Shown in pieces: positions 1-11,768 of a stretch of 64,000 nt of DNA. The DNA comes from Phaeosaccion multiseriatum. Taxonomy: Eukaryota; Protista; Ochrophyta, other classes. Each line of letters begins with the position of its first letter. Within the stretch, counting starts at the first letter, position 1. The position numbers and the translations under genes are program-made. The notes beneath the pieces are model-generated. The model worked only from the letters and a program-made list of their open reading frames with translations, did no database searches and was not told the origin of the DNA. The stretch spans positions 2,480,001-2,544,000 of the forward strand of contig OZ218951.1 in NCBI GenBank assembly GCA_965112735.1, written 5' to 3'.

Positions 1-400
1 GCCCAAGCAAGACAAAAACAAAAAGCACATAAGCAAGCAAGCAAGCCAGCAAATAAGCAGAGGGGGAGGTGGAGGTGGAGGACTTTCGGGTCGATATTGC
101 TGATCGATATTGCGGATGGTCGGATCGAAACATTGGTTAGAACAGAACAAAAACTAATAATGAAGCTGGAGAGTGATAAAGCTATAAAACCAAGGACTAT
201 GCCTATGGGGTGATGGTGCAGGCAGCAGCTGTCTCGTCCCTTGCCCCATGATGGGGTATGGGGTTATCCTCCCCTTCTGCGCCACTACACACACCGCACA
301 GCCCACTTGCTCGGAGAAGAGAGAAGCGGCGCACAAAAGGATAAAGCTATACACTTCACATGTGTAGCAAGGCCTAGTCTGTTGCCATGACGGGGAGGAA

Positions 401-445
<45 letters not shown>

Positions 446-604
446 GCTCATGACTTACTGCAATTAAGTAGGGCATTAATAATATCTCTCAGTAGAAATC
501 ATCCCCCCTCTCTTCCACTTTGACCTAAGTCACATCACCTCAACCAAAACTCTCGTCTCCTTTAGAGTTGCTACAGCTGCGCTACTTTTGAGGCCGGGCC
601 GCTC

Positions 605-1702
605 TCAATCTTCGCAGTCGCAGGGGTGGCCATTGGCGTGCACCCACCGCTTAATCTCCTCGAACGTATCATCTCTCCCGCCATCCCAACAACCAAGGCA
701 TAGTAGCTCCTCCGGGCATGACACCGCGCTCCAAGGACACATGACGCTCTCGGATCGCAGCCACTGCAAAGTCGGTAGGCTCTTTCCCTTCATGACAGCA
801 CCGCCGCAAACAAGGCTTGTCCACTCACAGAGATGGCGAGCGTTTGCATGCAGCCAGCGCAGCACCTCCAGCTGTCCCCGTCCCGCAGCATGAAAAGCCC
901 CCAATCGCCACCTGCCGCCTTCCCCTGCCGCTTCCATCTCTGGCCTAACCCTGGGATGATTCACGACCATTTCCAGCACATTGATTTGTCCCATAAGCGC
1001 AGCCGCCGTCCAGACATTCGGGCAAAACGGGGCGTTGGCCTCATCCGACAGCAGCCACGTTAGCATATCCACATCCCCTCTCCTTGCAGCTGCAGCACAG
1101 ATTCCCTCGGCCCACGGACACGGTCTCTTCTTGTCAGACCCTTCGGAGCGAAGCCACTTGAGAATGCCCAGACCGTGCTTCTTGGTATTCTGAGCAGCAG
1201 CTTCACACACTGTCTCATCCCATGGACAGCCGTAGTGATGGAGGGCCTTGCACATGCTCACATCTCCCCACCTCGCCGCATCTACAAACGTTTCCATGCG
1301 CAGCTCTATGTAGCTATGCACGATGGCCCAGTTGAGGCACTCCACAGAATTGAAGACGCTGTGGGGAAGAGAGGTTTTCAACCCGGGATGGGCAATGCTG
1401 TACAGCCTCCTCCAATCCTTGCTCACCCCCGCGACGAAGAGGTGCTTCCCCCCACCCACAATGCCCATGACCTTCAGCATCGTGTCCTTCAGACCCAGCA
1501 CCTTGGCATGGGGTGAAGGCTCATCCTCGTTTGGGCCATCCTGAGCAGCAGCACCACCAGCAGCAGCAGCAGCAGCAGCAGAGGATGCAGAGGGGGCACC
1601 TGATGGAGAGGCAGACGCAGCAGCTGCCGGTCCTTGACGTCGGGCACGTTTGGTGGCCATGGGCTCTTCTACTCGCCGCCGCTTGATGCTTCCTGGCACC
1701 AT
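605..1702 (-). CDS. Intronless ankyrin-like repeat protein with N-terminal F-box-like segment (paralog A)
   Basis: First ATG of the 379-aa ORF is at 1702. Repeated CPW-x4-C-x2-AA...L-x-WL motifs (GCPWDETVCEAAA, PCPWAEGICAAAA, GQLEVLRWLH); F-box-like LFVAGVSKDWRRLY; basic KRRR stretch; ends HPCDCED. Confidence 0.8.
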   Translation of the reverse strand: MVPGSIKRRRVEEPMATKRARRQGPAAAASASPSGAPSASSAAAAAAAGGAAAQDGPNEDEPSPHAKVLGLKDTMLKVMGIVGGGKHLFVAGVSKDWRRLYSIAHPGLKTSLPHSVFNSVECLNWAIVHSYIELRMETFVDAARWGDVSMCKALHHYGCPWDETVCEAAAQNTKKHGLGILKWLRSEGSDKKRPCPWAEGICAAAARRGDVDMLTWLLSDEANAPFCPNVWTAAALMGQINVLEMVVNHPRVRPEMEAAGEGGRWRLGAFHAAGRGQLEVLRWLHANARHLCEWTSLVCGGAVMKGKSLPTLQWLRSESVMCPWSAVSCPEELLCLGCWDGGRDDTFEEIKRWVHANGHPCDCED

Positions 1703-1869
1703 GATGTCCCTCTTCACAAGTTGGTTCTCGAGAGTCGTCGACAATCAAGGGGGGACAGGGGGGGTGATCTGGAAAGGAAAAAATAAAAATATTCCTTGTT
1801 CCATTACCAGGGAGCAGTAAGCTGTGCCGCGAAGCTTCCAGGGCCTCGTGTAGAGAGAGAAGTGAAGCC

Positions 1870-2883
1870 ATGGCCGAGGAGAGCACTAAGCGGCGACGAG
1901 GAGCTTCCAGGGCCTCTTCTGTGCGGGGGGGGAACAGTGCACCCTCTAACGCGGAGGAGCCGCGTGCCAAGGTATTGGCTCTGGAGGTCACGATGCTGAA
2001 GATCATGGACATTGTAGGGGAGGGGCATCATCTTTTCGTCGCTGGGGTGAGCAAGAACTGGAGGGGGCTGTACGACGGCGCTCATCCATGGTTGCTAACC
2101 TCACTTCGTCGCAGCTTGTTCGGGTCTGTGGAGTGCCTCAACTGGGCCATCAAGCACGGCTGCATAGAGCTGGGTATGGACGTGGGCCTGGAGACTTTTG
2201 AAGCTGCAGCGGGGTTTGGGGACGTGAGCGTCTGCCAGACCCTTCATCACCACGGCTGTCCATGGGACGAGAAAGTGTGTGAAGCTGCTGGCGAGAATGC
2301 AAAGCACGGCCTGAGCATTCTCAAGTGGCTCCGCTCCGAAGACCTGCCCGACAAGAGACCGTGTCCGTGGAACGAGAATACTTGCTCTGCAGCGGTATAT
2401 AGAGGGGACGTGGACATGGTCACGTGGCTGCTCTCGGACGAGGCGAATGCCCCATTTGAAGTCACATCGAACTTGTTGTATTCCGCTGTGAAAGAGGGAC
2501 GTATAACTATGCTCGAGATGCTTCTGGCTCAACCCAGTCTCAGGACCGACCTGGAGGCGGAAGGGGAAGGCGACATGTGGCGACATGGGGCTTTCTTTGC
2601 TGCGGTTTATGGCCGCTTGGAGGTGCTGCGCTGTCTGCATGCAAACGCTCGTGACCTGTGCGTTTGGGACAACACTGTTTGCTACGGTGCCGTCACGAAT
2701 GCCAAAAGCCTGGAAGTGCTGCAGTGGCTGCGATCCGAGAGCGTCATGTGTGGATGGGACAGGTTCTCGTGCCCGGAGGTGCTGCTCCACGAGGGGGAAT
2801 GGGACGGAGGGAGGGATGATAGGTTTGAGGAGATCAAGCAATGGGTGCACGCCAATGGCCACCCCTGCGACTGCGAGGACTGA
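1870..2883 (+). CDS. Intronless ankyrin-like repeat protein (paralog B), head-to-head with paralog A
   Basis: 337-aa ORF colinear with paralog A (LFVAGVSKNWRGLY, GCPWDEKVCEAA, WVHANGHPCDCED); 167 bp between the two ATGs. Confidence 0.85.
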   Translation: MAEESTKRRRGASRASSVRGGNSAPSNAEEPRAKVLALEVTMLKIMDIVGEGHHLFVAGVSKNWRGLYDGAHPWLLTSLRRSLFGSVECLNWAIKHGCIELGMDVGLETFEAAAGFGDVSVCQTLHHHGCPWDEKVCEAAGENAKHGLSILKWLRSEDLPDKRPCPWNENTCSAAVYRGDVDMVTWLLSDEANAPFEVTSNLLYSAVKEGRITMLEMLLAQPSLRTDLEAEGEGDMWRHGAFFAAVYGRLEVLRCLHANARDLCVWDNTVCYGAVTNAKSLEVLQWLRSESVMCGWDRFSCPEVLLHEGEWDGGRDDRFEEIKQWVHANGHPCDCED

Positions 2884-3267
2884 GGGCTTTGTGCACTTGC
2901 AAAACGTCCCAACACCTCCCAGCATGATTCTCCCTCAGATTCCTTCAAAAAGCTTTCAGTGCGAGGACTGACTTCGAGCACCACACCACATGAGAAAATA
3001 ACGAGGGGCATATTCGACCACAGGCCAAGTACACTTTATGTATGGATGTAGCAGCACAGCCTACAACCCGACTCCGATAGGTGTATGACGTTCCTAAACA
3101 AGAAACCAGCTCCATCACACACATCTCCCACCCTGCCCAACCAGCCCAACCAGCCCAATTCACCTCCCCCCGCCCCGATCCGGATGGGTCAGTAGGCACG
3201 GGGAGGAGGACGCCAGTAGGCACAGGGAGGAGGACGCCCCCACATAAGTACATACGTAGGATAGCAA

Positions 3268-3616
3268 TCAAGTGTTCATGCCGGAGTGAGCCGGAGCAGC
3301 CTTTCTTCTGAGCTGTGGGATTTGGACGCTCAGCATGTCTGTGGTTGTGGGGAAGGAGGGTGAAGGGAAGGCGACGTGAGGACGCACGCACGGAGGGAGG
3401 GAGGGAGGGAGGGAGGGAAGGAGGGAGGGAGTGGTTGGAGACAGGTACAGTACGCAGTCCGGCGAAGCAGAGCACAATTTATATAAGTACTGTTAATATA
3501 TAAAAGACTAAAGCAGCACCACGACTTTACATGCCGAACTCACACTACAAATTACCACAGTTTCACCTCATCATTCTGGTGTAATCGGAGTAATAAGATC
3601 GACAGCAGCCCCCAAG

Positions 3617-3655
<39 letters not shown>

Positions 3656-6600
3656 ACGCACCGTCCAGATTGGCCATCTCCTTGTCCCTGACACTGCCCA
3701 TGTTGGCCAGCCCCGCCGTCTTTAGGGACAGCCGCAGGCCCTCTTCTACACGCGCCCACGTTGCCCGAACGTACTCGTCTCCCTCTGCTAGCTCTCTGGC
3801 GTACACCTGAAGGAAGGGGTGGGAGGGAAGGAGGGAAGGAAAGATGGCAGTGGATGAGGGGGGTGGAACCATCAGCGTTAGTCGGTCGATGCTTCAGAGA
3901 TATACTGCATCAGGAGTATGGATGTGCTGTGTGTGTTTCACACTCCCTTCCCTCCATCCCTTCCTCCCTTCCTCCCTCTCTCTCTCCCTCCCCCTACCTT
4001 CCTTCCTTCCTCCCTCCCTCCCTCCCCCTCCTCCGTCCATCTCCCCCCCCTCCTCCCCCCCACCCCCCCCAGTACCTTGTGGAAAGTAGCCGAGAGGCCC
4101 TCAGCTCCAATGAGGTGTTGTTCCAACGCTGCCGAGGCTTTGTAGTTGAGGAACTGCATCACAAAGAGGCTTACTGCGGTGGCCCCTGCCACACCCAGCG
4201 AGAGCTCCACAGGAGCCGTGATGTAAATTGACCCCGCTGCCAGCAGAGCTCCCTGACGAGTGGGTGGAGGGAAGGGTGCGCGGGTGGGGGTGGACAAGTT
4301 GGTGCTCAGTTACTGTGGGTCATTCTGGGGCCGGGGGGGGGAGGGGGGTGTCAGTGCGTGTTCATCATTCGTAAGTGAGATGAAGCACTGGTGGGGGGGG
4401 GGCCTTGAGGTATGAGGAAGGAAAGGGACGGTATGCCTTGAGGTATGAGGAAGGAAAGGGACGGTGTAGCCGAGGGGAGGAGTAAGTGGCAAGGGCTAAG
4501 AGCGACAGTGCGACTGTACGACTGTGCGACTGTGCGAATGTGCGAATACGGCAGGAGGGCTAATGGTGGAGTCTCTTCTCTCTCATGATGTGAAGTGTCA
4601 TTTAGTGTGTGTACTTACCGTTCCTCCAACGCCCACCAGTGTCCCTCTCTGACGCCACTTCGCAGCACTGTACTCCGCCTGCACTGCTTGCAGCACCTGA
4701 GGGGATGGCAGTGGATGGGGAGTGAGGGAAGGGCGGGCGGGCGGGAGGGAGGGAGAGAGAGAGAGGGGGGCAGAACAAGAGAGAGAGGAGGGGAGAGGAG
4801 GGTAGGGTAGGGTAGGGTATGGGAGGGGAAAGAGAGGACGGGGCAGGAGAAGAAGAGAAAGGTAAAGAGTCCAGAAGACAGACTGGAGTAGGGAGGGTGT
4901 GAAGCAGTGATGGAGAGAACACACAGAGGTGTGCGAGAGGATTAGCGTACCGTGGCGTGCACTTGCAGGAGGTGAACAGAGTCGGTGAGGCGCGTGATGA
5001 CATTGTCCACCCTCCGCTTGGGTGCCTTCATCACCTCCGCCTTCACGTCTGCAAAGAGCCAGAGGGAAGGGGAGGGAGGGAGAGGAGGGAAGGGAGGGCG
5101 GTGAGGGAGGTGAGGGACGGGAAGGGACAGGAAGCGCACTTCCATCATCTCCGTCTTCCATGTCTAAAGAGTCAGAGGCCAAAAAGCACATGACATTCCA
5201 TATCGCATTCAATATCGCCCTCGACATCGCATCAACATCGCACTCAGTCACTCAATATCGCATCAACATCGCACTCAAATAGCACCCGATACCGTACCAT
5301 TCCGTGTGTTCTCGAGGTCCTGCAGGCCCTGTCCCAGGCTGGTGACGTTGTGCTCCGCCTCGTAGCCCTGCCATTTGTACCTCTCCTGCAAGGGAAGGGA
5401 AGGGCACCGAGAAGCAGACGGACGGGCAGGGGGGCGCAGGGGAGAGGGAGAGGGAGACGGAGAGAGGGAGAGGGAGAGGGAGAGAGGGAGAGAGGGAGAG
5501 GGAGAGAGGGAGAGAGGGAGAGAGAGGGAACGGGAAGTGAAAGACGGAGGGAGAGGGAGGGAGAGAGAGTGAGTGAGAGGTAGGTAGAGAGAGACACACA
5601 CACAAAGAGAGAAAGCCTCGGTTGGGGTATAGGGGACAGCAGAGCACAACAAAGCACAGCACAACACCAAATGATGGACAGCGACAGATAAGCGCACCTT
5701 GACGGGCAGACACATTGTGTAGATCCGGGGCAGGTCCTTCCTCTGGATCACCTTACTGAGGTTCCAGCAGAGGCTGCCGTAGGCCCTTGCAAAGTCGTGG
5801 ATCTTCTGAAACTGGTCGGCCTTGTTCAGGATGATGTATAGCTGGGAGGAAAAGGGGGGGAGGGGGGAGGGAGGGAGGGGGGGGAGCGGCCGCGCAGGTC
5901 ATTCAGGTAAACAGTGCCAATGGGCGTGACAGACCGACAGAGAGACCGACCAACCGACGAACCGACCTGTACCGACCAACCAGCCGACCAACCGACCCAC
6001 CGACCTACCTTGTGGTCCATGCCCGGCAGAGAGTTGGTGAGGATGGAGAGCGTCTCCCCGGTGGTGCCCGGCTTGTCGGGGTCGAAGAAGAGGAGGATCA
6101 CATCCGCCCTCTCCGCGAACCATCGCACCACACCCTCAAAGTCGTAGCCCCTGTCCATGAGGGACCTGCTGCGGGTGTTGGAGGGCCCCGGTCCGTCATG
6201 ATGGTGGTCGTATTGGCTGCGGCTGATGGGGCTGTCGATCATGCCGGGGGAGTCGACCATCATAAATGCGTCTGTGCTAATCTCGGAGCGGATCTTTGCA
6301 CGGAAGGGGTGTGTGGAGCGAGGGGGGGGGGGGGGGGAGGAGGGGAAGGGAGGCGTACTTGTCGCTATTAGGCAAAAAGAGCGGTCTGAGCTGATAGAGC
6401 CGAGCTACCTGCCAGAGCGAATCCATGTACATTCACTATCTCCTCTCCTTTCCGCTCCTCTCCGCTCCTCTCCTCTCCCCTCCTCTCGTCTCTTCTCTTC
6501 TCTTCTCTTCTTTTCCTCCGTCGACTCAAGTGTTGCGACTCAAGTCTTGCCTATCTTACCTTGAGCCCTGTGTGGTGGATTAGGGTTGGCCCGAACTGCC

Positions 6601-6866
6601 TCAAGCCGTTGAAGCCCATGTCGGGGTCTCCCACCTGAGCGAGCACCACACATACCACACACACGCCACACACACGTTAAACACACGTAAAACGCAGAGC
6701 AGCGTTGACATGATTCACGATGGCCTTGGCTCAGGCTGAAGCGCAAACCTCACTTCGAAGGACTTGAACTTGTCATGTTTATCTCATCGATGATCCTTGA
6801 TTTGCTCACTGATCCTCCCTCCCTCCCTCCCTACACCCTTCCTCCTTCCCTCCCTCCCTGCTTCAT

Positions 6867-6934
<68 letters not shown>

Positions 6935-8474
6935 TTTTTCTTTCGTTCATTCGTTCTCACACACACTCCCTCCCCCTCTCTCTAAACTCACCAAGGCTGG
7001 TCCATCCTGGTCAATATCTGAGGGTCCTGGCGCGATGATTGTGAAACTGTCGTCGGTAGGGGCCACCCCTGCCGTCTGAATGGTACGCCCTAGCACGTAG
7101 TTGATGAACGACGACTTTCCTGGAGACGGAGAGGGCACAACATCACATCACATGACGAAACATAGATAGTTCCATAGCCAATCGTTTGAGAGACTCCTCT
7201 GCGTGTAAAGTGTTCAGATTCATTCACACACAACGCCCCCCTCTTGAGCACCTTACTAACTCCAGCGGAGCGTGCCGGTATTCAGACTCACTTACTCTAT
7301 CTCACTCACTCTTTATCTCACTCACTCACTCACTCACTCACTCACTCACTCACTCACTCACTCACTCACTCACTCACTCACTCACCCACTCACTCACTCT
7401 CTACCTCACTCACTCTCTACCTCACTCACTCACTCACTCACTCGCTACCTCACACACTCATTCACTCACTTCCTCACTCACTTCCTCACTCACCCACTCA
7501 CTCACTCCCTCACTCACTCACTCACTCACTCACTCACTCACTCACTCACTCACTCACTTACTCACCACTGCTGTGGTTGCCCAGTAAGAATACAAAGGGC
7601 AGTTTGGTCGAGCGATACGCCCCGGCACTTCCCCCGCTGCGCTCCAGGGGGCCATGTAAGCGGTCGTTCAGCGGCTGCACCAGAGAAGAGTGCAGAGACT
7701 CGCACTTGTCCTGCGGAGAGCGAGAGCGAGTAGCAGGCAGGGGCGGTAAGTGACAGCAGTAGCAGGGGTTGGTGATACAGGCGGTCGGGGAGGGGTTAGG
7801 GATAGGGTTGGAGGGTAAGATGAGGTGCCTGAGGGTTAGGGTAGGCAGGGAATGGTTACGAAATGGGTGTGTTCCTGGAGGTAATAATGGGAGGTAGACA
7901 TAGACTTCAGCGGTCACAATGGAGGCCGGGAAGAGCGACAGAGAGGCGGTAGAAATAGGTGAGGCCGGGCAAGGACCGAACGAGAGTTCTCGCATCGCCT
8001 TCAATGTCGAACTGTGGTGATAGTATTCCTTCCCCTCTCACGCACCATAATCTCCTTCTGGACCTTCCCATCAAGCACTCCTTCAGCAGAGCGACTGCTC
8101 TCGTTGGAATAGCACCTCTTCTTGCCAAGGGCCGCCCCTGTTGCTGCCGCTCCTCCTCCTCCTCCTCCTCCTCCTCCTCCTCCCAAACAGCCTGAACCAG
8201 AGCCCTCCCCTGCAGCCGGGCCTCTTCTCCTCCTTCTCACTGTTGAGCCGCTCCCTCTCCAGCTCCCACATAACGCTCCGCTGCTGATACTGCTGCTGCT
8301 ACTACTACTTCTACTGTGCGCTCTTCGCTCCTCTGGTCCCGCCCCTTTTGTGAACAAGTTACTGCCCTCAGCGTGCCCACAAGTCGTCGCTCTGCCTCCA
8401 TCAGCTCGAATTCGACGCAGCTGCAGCAGACCTATCGACCGCAGGCGCTCCACCCGGAGCCCAGACGCCAGCAT
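3268..8474 (-). CDS. Multi-exon EHD/sarcalumenin-like dynamin-superfamily P-loop NTPase with C-terminal hydrophobic segments
   Basis: Spliced motifs: LLGNHSSGKSSFIN (P-loop, split by an intron at 7566), GVAPTDD, VDSPGMID, DRGYDF, LLFFDPDKPG, IILNKAD, RAYGSLCWNL. Exon 1 8474-8046, exon 2 7710-7566, last exon 3338-3268; these boundaries are GT-AG and in phase. Confidence 0.85.
6868..7560. repeat. Intronic microsatellites (CTTT)n at about 6868-6940 and (CTCA)n at about 7300-7560
   Basis: Visible tandem tetranucleotide runs inside introns of the EHD-like gene. Confidence 0.95.
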
Positions 8475-9088
8475 CGCCCGAGAAGCCTCCCTTGGTTGTC
8501 TGTCCCTCCTAAGAGGCTTCTTCGACTAATTTGCCCGCCTACTCTAGGGAGACTCCTGCTCCTGTTGCTGCTCCTAAAGCTTCCGCTGCTACTGCTACTG
8601 CTGGTTCTGATGCTGTCTGTCCTACACCGCAGCTTAGCTTTCTCGAAGACCCTCTACTAAAAGAGGGGAAGGCAAATCAAAATCGAAAATCGAAAATCGG
8701 TGTCCTGTTTCCGCGCTGGCATTTGCGCCCAAATAACCCGAATATATCGAATACCCCAGCCCCTTAAAGAGAGGAAATATCAGCTTCCAGCCTAGCAGCA
8801 GCGGTTGCAGCAGCGCGAGCGCGTTGGGATGAGAAAGGAGTGAGCCTGACGAGCGAAAAGACCAGCTTGAAAGCTCTCACAACGCACACTCCGCCCGAAT
8901 TCTCACGCGACTTTCCGCCACTCAACTCCCCTTCTGGAGAGAGAGCGTGTGCTGGTTCCCTATTTGCCCCGCAGGCTCACTACAAGTGCGACAAAAGTAG
9001 CTTCTCTCTGCCCTGCGTGGCCCCTTTACCGTGATTGGGTGCGTGCTTGGGTCGACCACACTTTCTAAACGCAGAGGGTGGGTTCGAG

Positions 9089-11174
9089 ATGAAGCGTGAT
9101 CACCCTAACAAACACAGCTGTTACAGCGGCGGCAAAGGCGGCGTCCATAGTGCCTACGCGAATGAGTGGTGCTGTGGAAACAGTGATGATAGTAATGGCG
9201 GGACTCACGACGGCACTGCTGCTACAACCCCCAGTAGTAGCAGTAGCAATAGCCTGAGCAGCATGGTAGAGGAGGGGCCGCAGCAGCAGCAGCCGGGCAC
9301 TCGGCACTGTCGGCGCTGCAATGTTGTAATCACAGGAGGATCTCGTGGTATCGGGAAAGCCATGGTCGAGCGATTCGCTGCAGCAGGCTGTCGCGTGCTG
9401 TTCACTTACCTCTCCACCTCGAAAGAAGAGGCTCACAGAGTAGGACGAGACGCCACGACTAGCGCATCTGGCCTTGGCCAATGCGACGTGACGGCTGCAA
9501 GGTTGGATATTGGCGACCACGGCTCGGTGCAGGCTTTTGCCAAGACCGTAGACGAGTGGAGGGCTGGGCATGCCGTGGACATACTCGTCAACAACGCCGC
9601 CCTCGGCTCCAAGACCGTGGAGAACTACTATGCAAGCAAGCAGCAGGAAGGTCAAGAGCAAACTACAGACGGTGGACCGAGGAATGGGCGGTGCAGCGGG
9701 AGCGCTGGGGATGGGCGTAGGAAAGAGGAGGAGGGTGGGGAGAAGCCCCAAGAGATACCCCACCGCGACGCCCATGAGGGCAATGGCCATCTGCGCAATG
9801 GAGAGGGGCTCAACAGTAGCAGCAGCGGCGAAGACTTGACGCGTGAGCAGCAGCAGCAGCTGTTGATACAGGAGCAGCAGGTTGTGATACAGCAACAACA
9901 GTTGGTGATACAGCAGCAGCAGCAGCAGCAGCAGCGTGTGTGGGAGGACGAGGCGCTAATGCGTGTGAATGCACTGGGGCCGGTGTGGCTGACAGAGGCC
10001 TTGCTGCCCTTTATGAGGAAGGCAGTATCCACAGAACCCAGGTACGTAGCGGTGTTGGTACTTCGGGAGGTGGTGGAGTGGCGTTATGAGTCACAGTTTG
10101 CGTCCCACCTCCGCCCCCTTCCCTTCTCTCTCTTTTTTTTTTTTTTTTCTGTTTTGATTATACTGACCCACCTACCTTTCCAGCTTCTCCAGTGCTTTGC
10201 TCACCGACAATCGCCACCTCCTTCTCTCCTCCAACACATGCCCTTCCACCACCACCACCACCTCCATCCCCCAAACTGCCTCCAGTAGCAGCTCGACGGA
10301 GGCAATACAACCGCTAAGGGACACCCCCGCCCCCCCCCTTGCCAGTGGTGGCGGCGAGGGTCTCCCGCCCGTCATGTTCGGCAAAGCCCTCCACTCTACC
10401 GTCATGTTCATTGGCAGCGTGGGGGGCGGCTCTGCCTCCGTGCTGCCGCTGCCCTCGGCCAAGATCGCCGACATGATGAGCAAGGCGGCCTTGGCCTATG
10501 CAGTCAAGCACCTTGCAGCTTGCCACGTGAGGACGGAGGTGGACTTTCTGAGCATCTGCCCCGGGGCCACCCTCACCGATATGTTCAAGGAGAGCACCCT
10601 CAACACGTAAGTTATCTATGTTCGTACGTTTACGCCATTGTCAATCACCCATGGGATGGAAGAGCCTGTCGTGTTTGGCTTTTCTTTCTGTCTGTGTGTG
10701 AGTCTGTTGGTTCGTTTGCTTCTAGGTGGGTTTGCGTGTTGATGTAGTTTTTTGTCTGTGGTGTTGTGGCAGCACCTCCTGCCTCTCATCATACCCCCCC
10801 CGCCTTCCCACTAACTGCCCGGAGCATCCCACCTCTCACCTTGTGTCCTCCTTCCCTCCTTCCCTCCTTCCCTCCCTCCCTCCATCCACCCTTCCCCCAA
10901 CCACCCCACATAATCTTCTCCCCGCTTCTGTCTTCCTACTCCCCTCTCCCCTACCCCACCTTGCCCCTCTCTCTCTCTTAAACTCAGAATGGAAAATCCC
11001 GAGCGTTTTGTGGACTCCATGCCGAAACGCCGCATCATCCCCCCAGCAGAAGTGGCCGAGTCGGTCTTTTGGCTCTGCACCTCCCCCGCAGGCAGGATCT
11101 TTCACGGAGCGGTCTTGGACGCCTCTCAGGGCCTCGCCGTCCGGCCTGGCTTGGTGACGGAGGGGCACGGCTGA
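9089..11174 (+). CDS. Short-chain dehydrogenase/reductase (SDR), 3 exons, atypical catalytic motif
   Basis: VVITGGSRGIG (TGxxxGxG), DILVNNAA, VNALG, ICPGATLTDM, IFHGAVLDASQG. Exons about 9089-10041, about 10286-10606, 10988-11174. Start codon uncertain. Confidence 0.85.
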
Positions 11175-11208
11175 GGGGAGGAGGAGCGCGCGCGCGCGCG
11201 TGTGTGTG

Positions 11209-11253
<45 letters not shown>

Positions 11254-11768
11254 AGGGTGCGGATTGGAGATAAGTCTCCTTCAGTACTGATCACTGTTGT
11301 TCTGACCATGAAGAAGAATGCGAGGCAGGCTACAGCCCATACCTGGAGCGACGAGAGCGAATGCACGTCGTCGCTTAGAGAAAGTTACAGTCCAACACAC
11401 AAGTGTGTGTGTCGGCCACAGGAGAGGGCGTGGCGTTGAAGACCCACCGCGGCGGGTGGGTAAGGGGTCGGAGGGGAGGAGTCTGTACAGAGCCGCGGAT
11501 CCCGAGTAAGGGAGTTTTCTTTGTGAAAGAGCGGCATGTGTGCGAGGTCTCCTACAGCGGTTGTGGTGGCACTAACGAGGGGGAGGAGGAGCGGCCCATC
11601 TCGACAGGTCGTCTGGGAGAGGCCGTGGGCGGAGTTCAAGCCCAAAGAGAGCGATTGATTTCAAATTGATCTCGAGTCACATTATTCTCAACCTTCTTTC
11701 CGCGCCGATTTGCCCTGCCGGGTCTGCTCTTTGCCGCCAAGGTTTTGAAAAGTCGGCCGAGAGGCGCA

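Noticed and set aside
3190-5285. Short local tandem duplications (24-bp pair near 3190, 30-bp pair near 4403, ATCGCA iterations near 5200)
   Set aside because: Ordinary slippage repeats in UTR or intron sequence.
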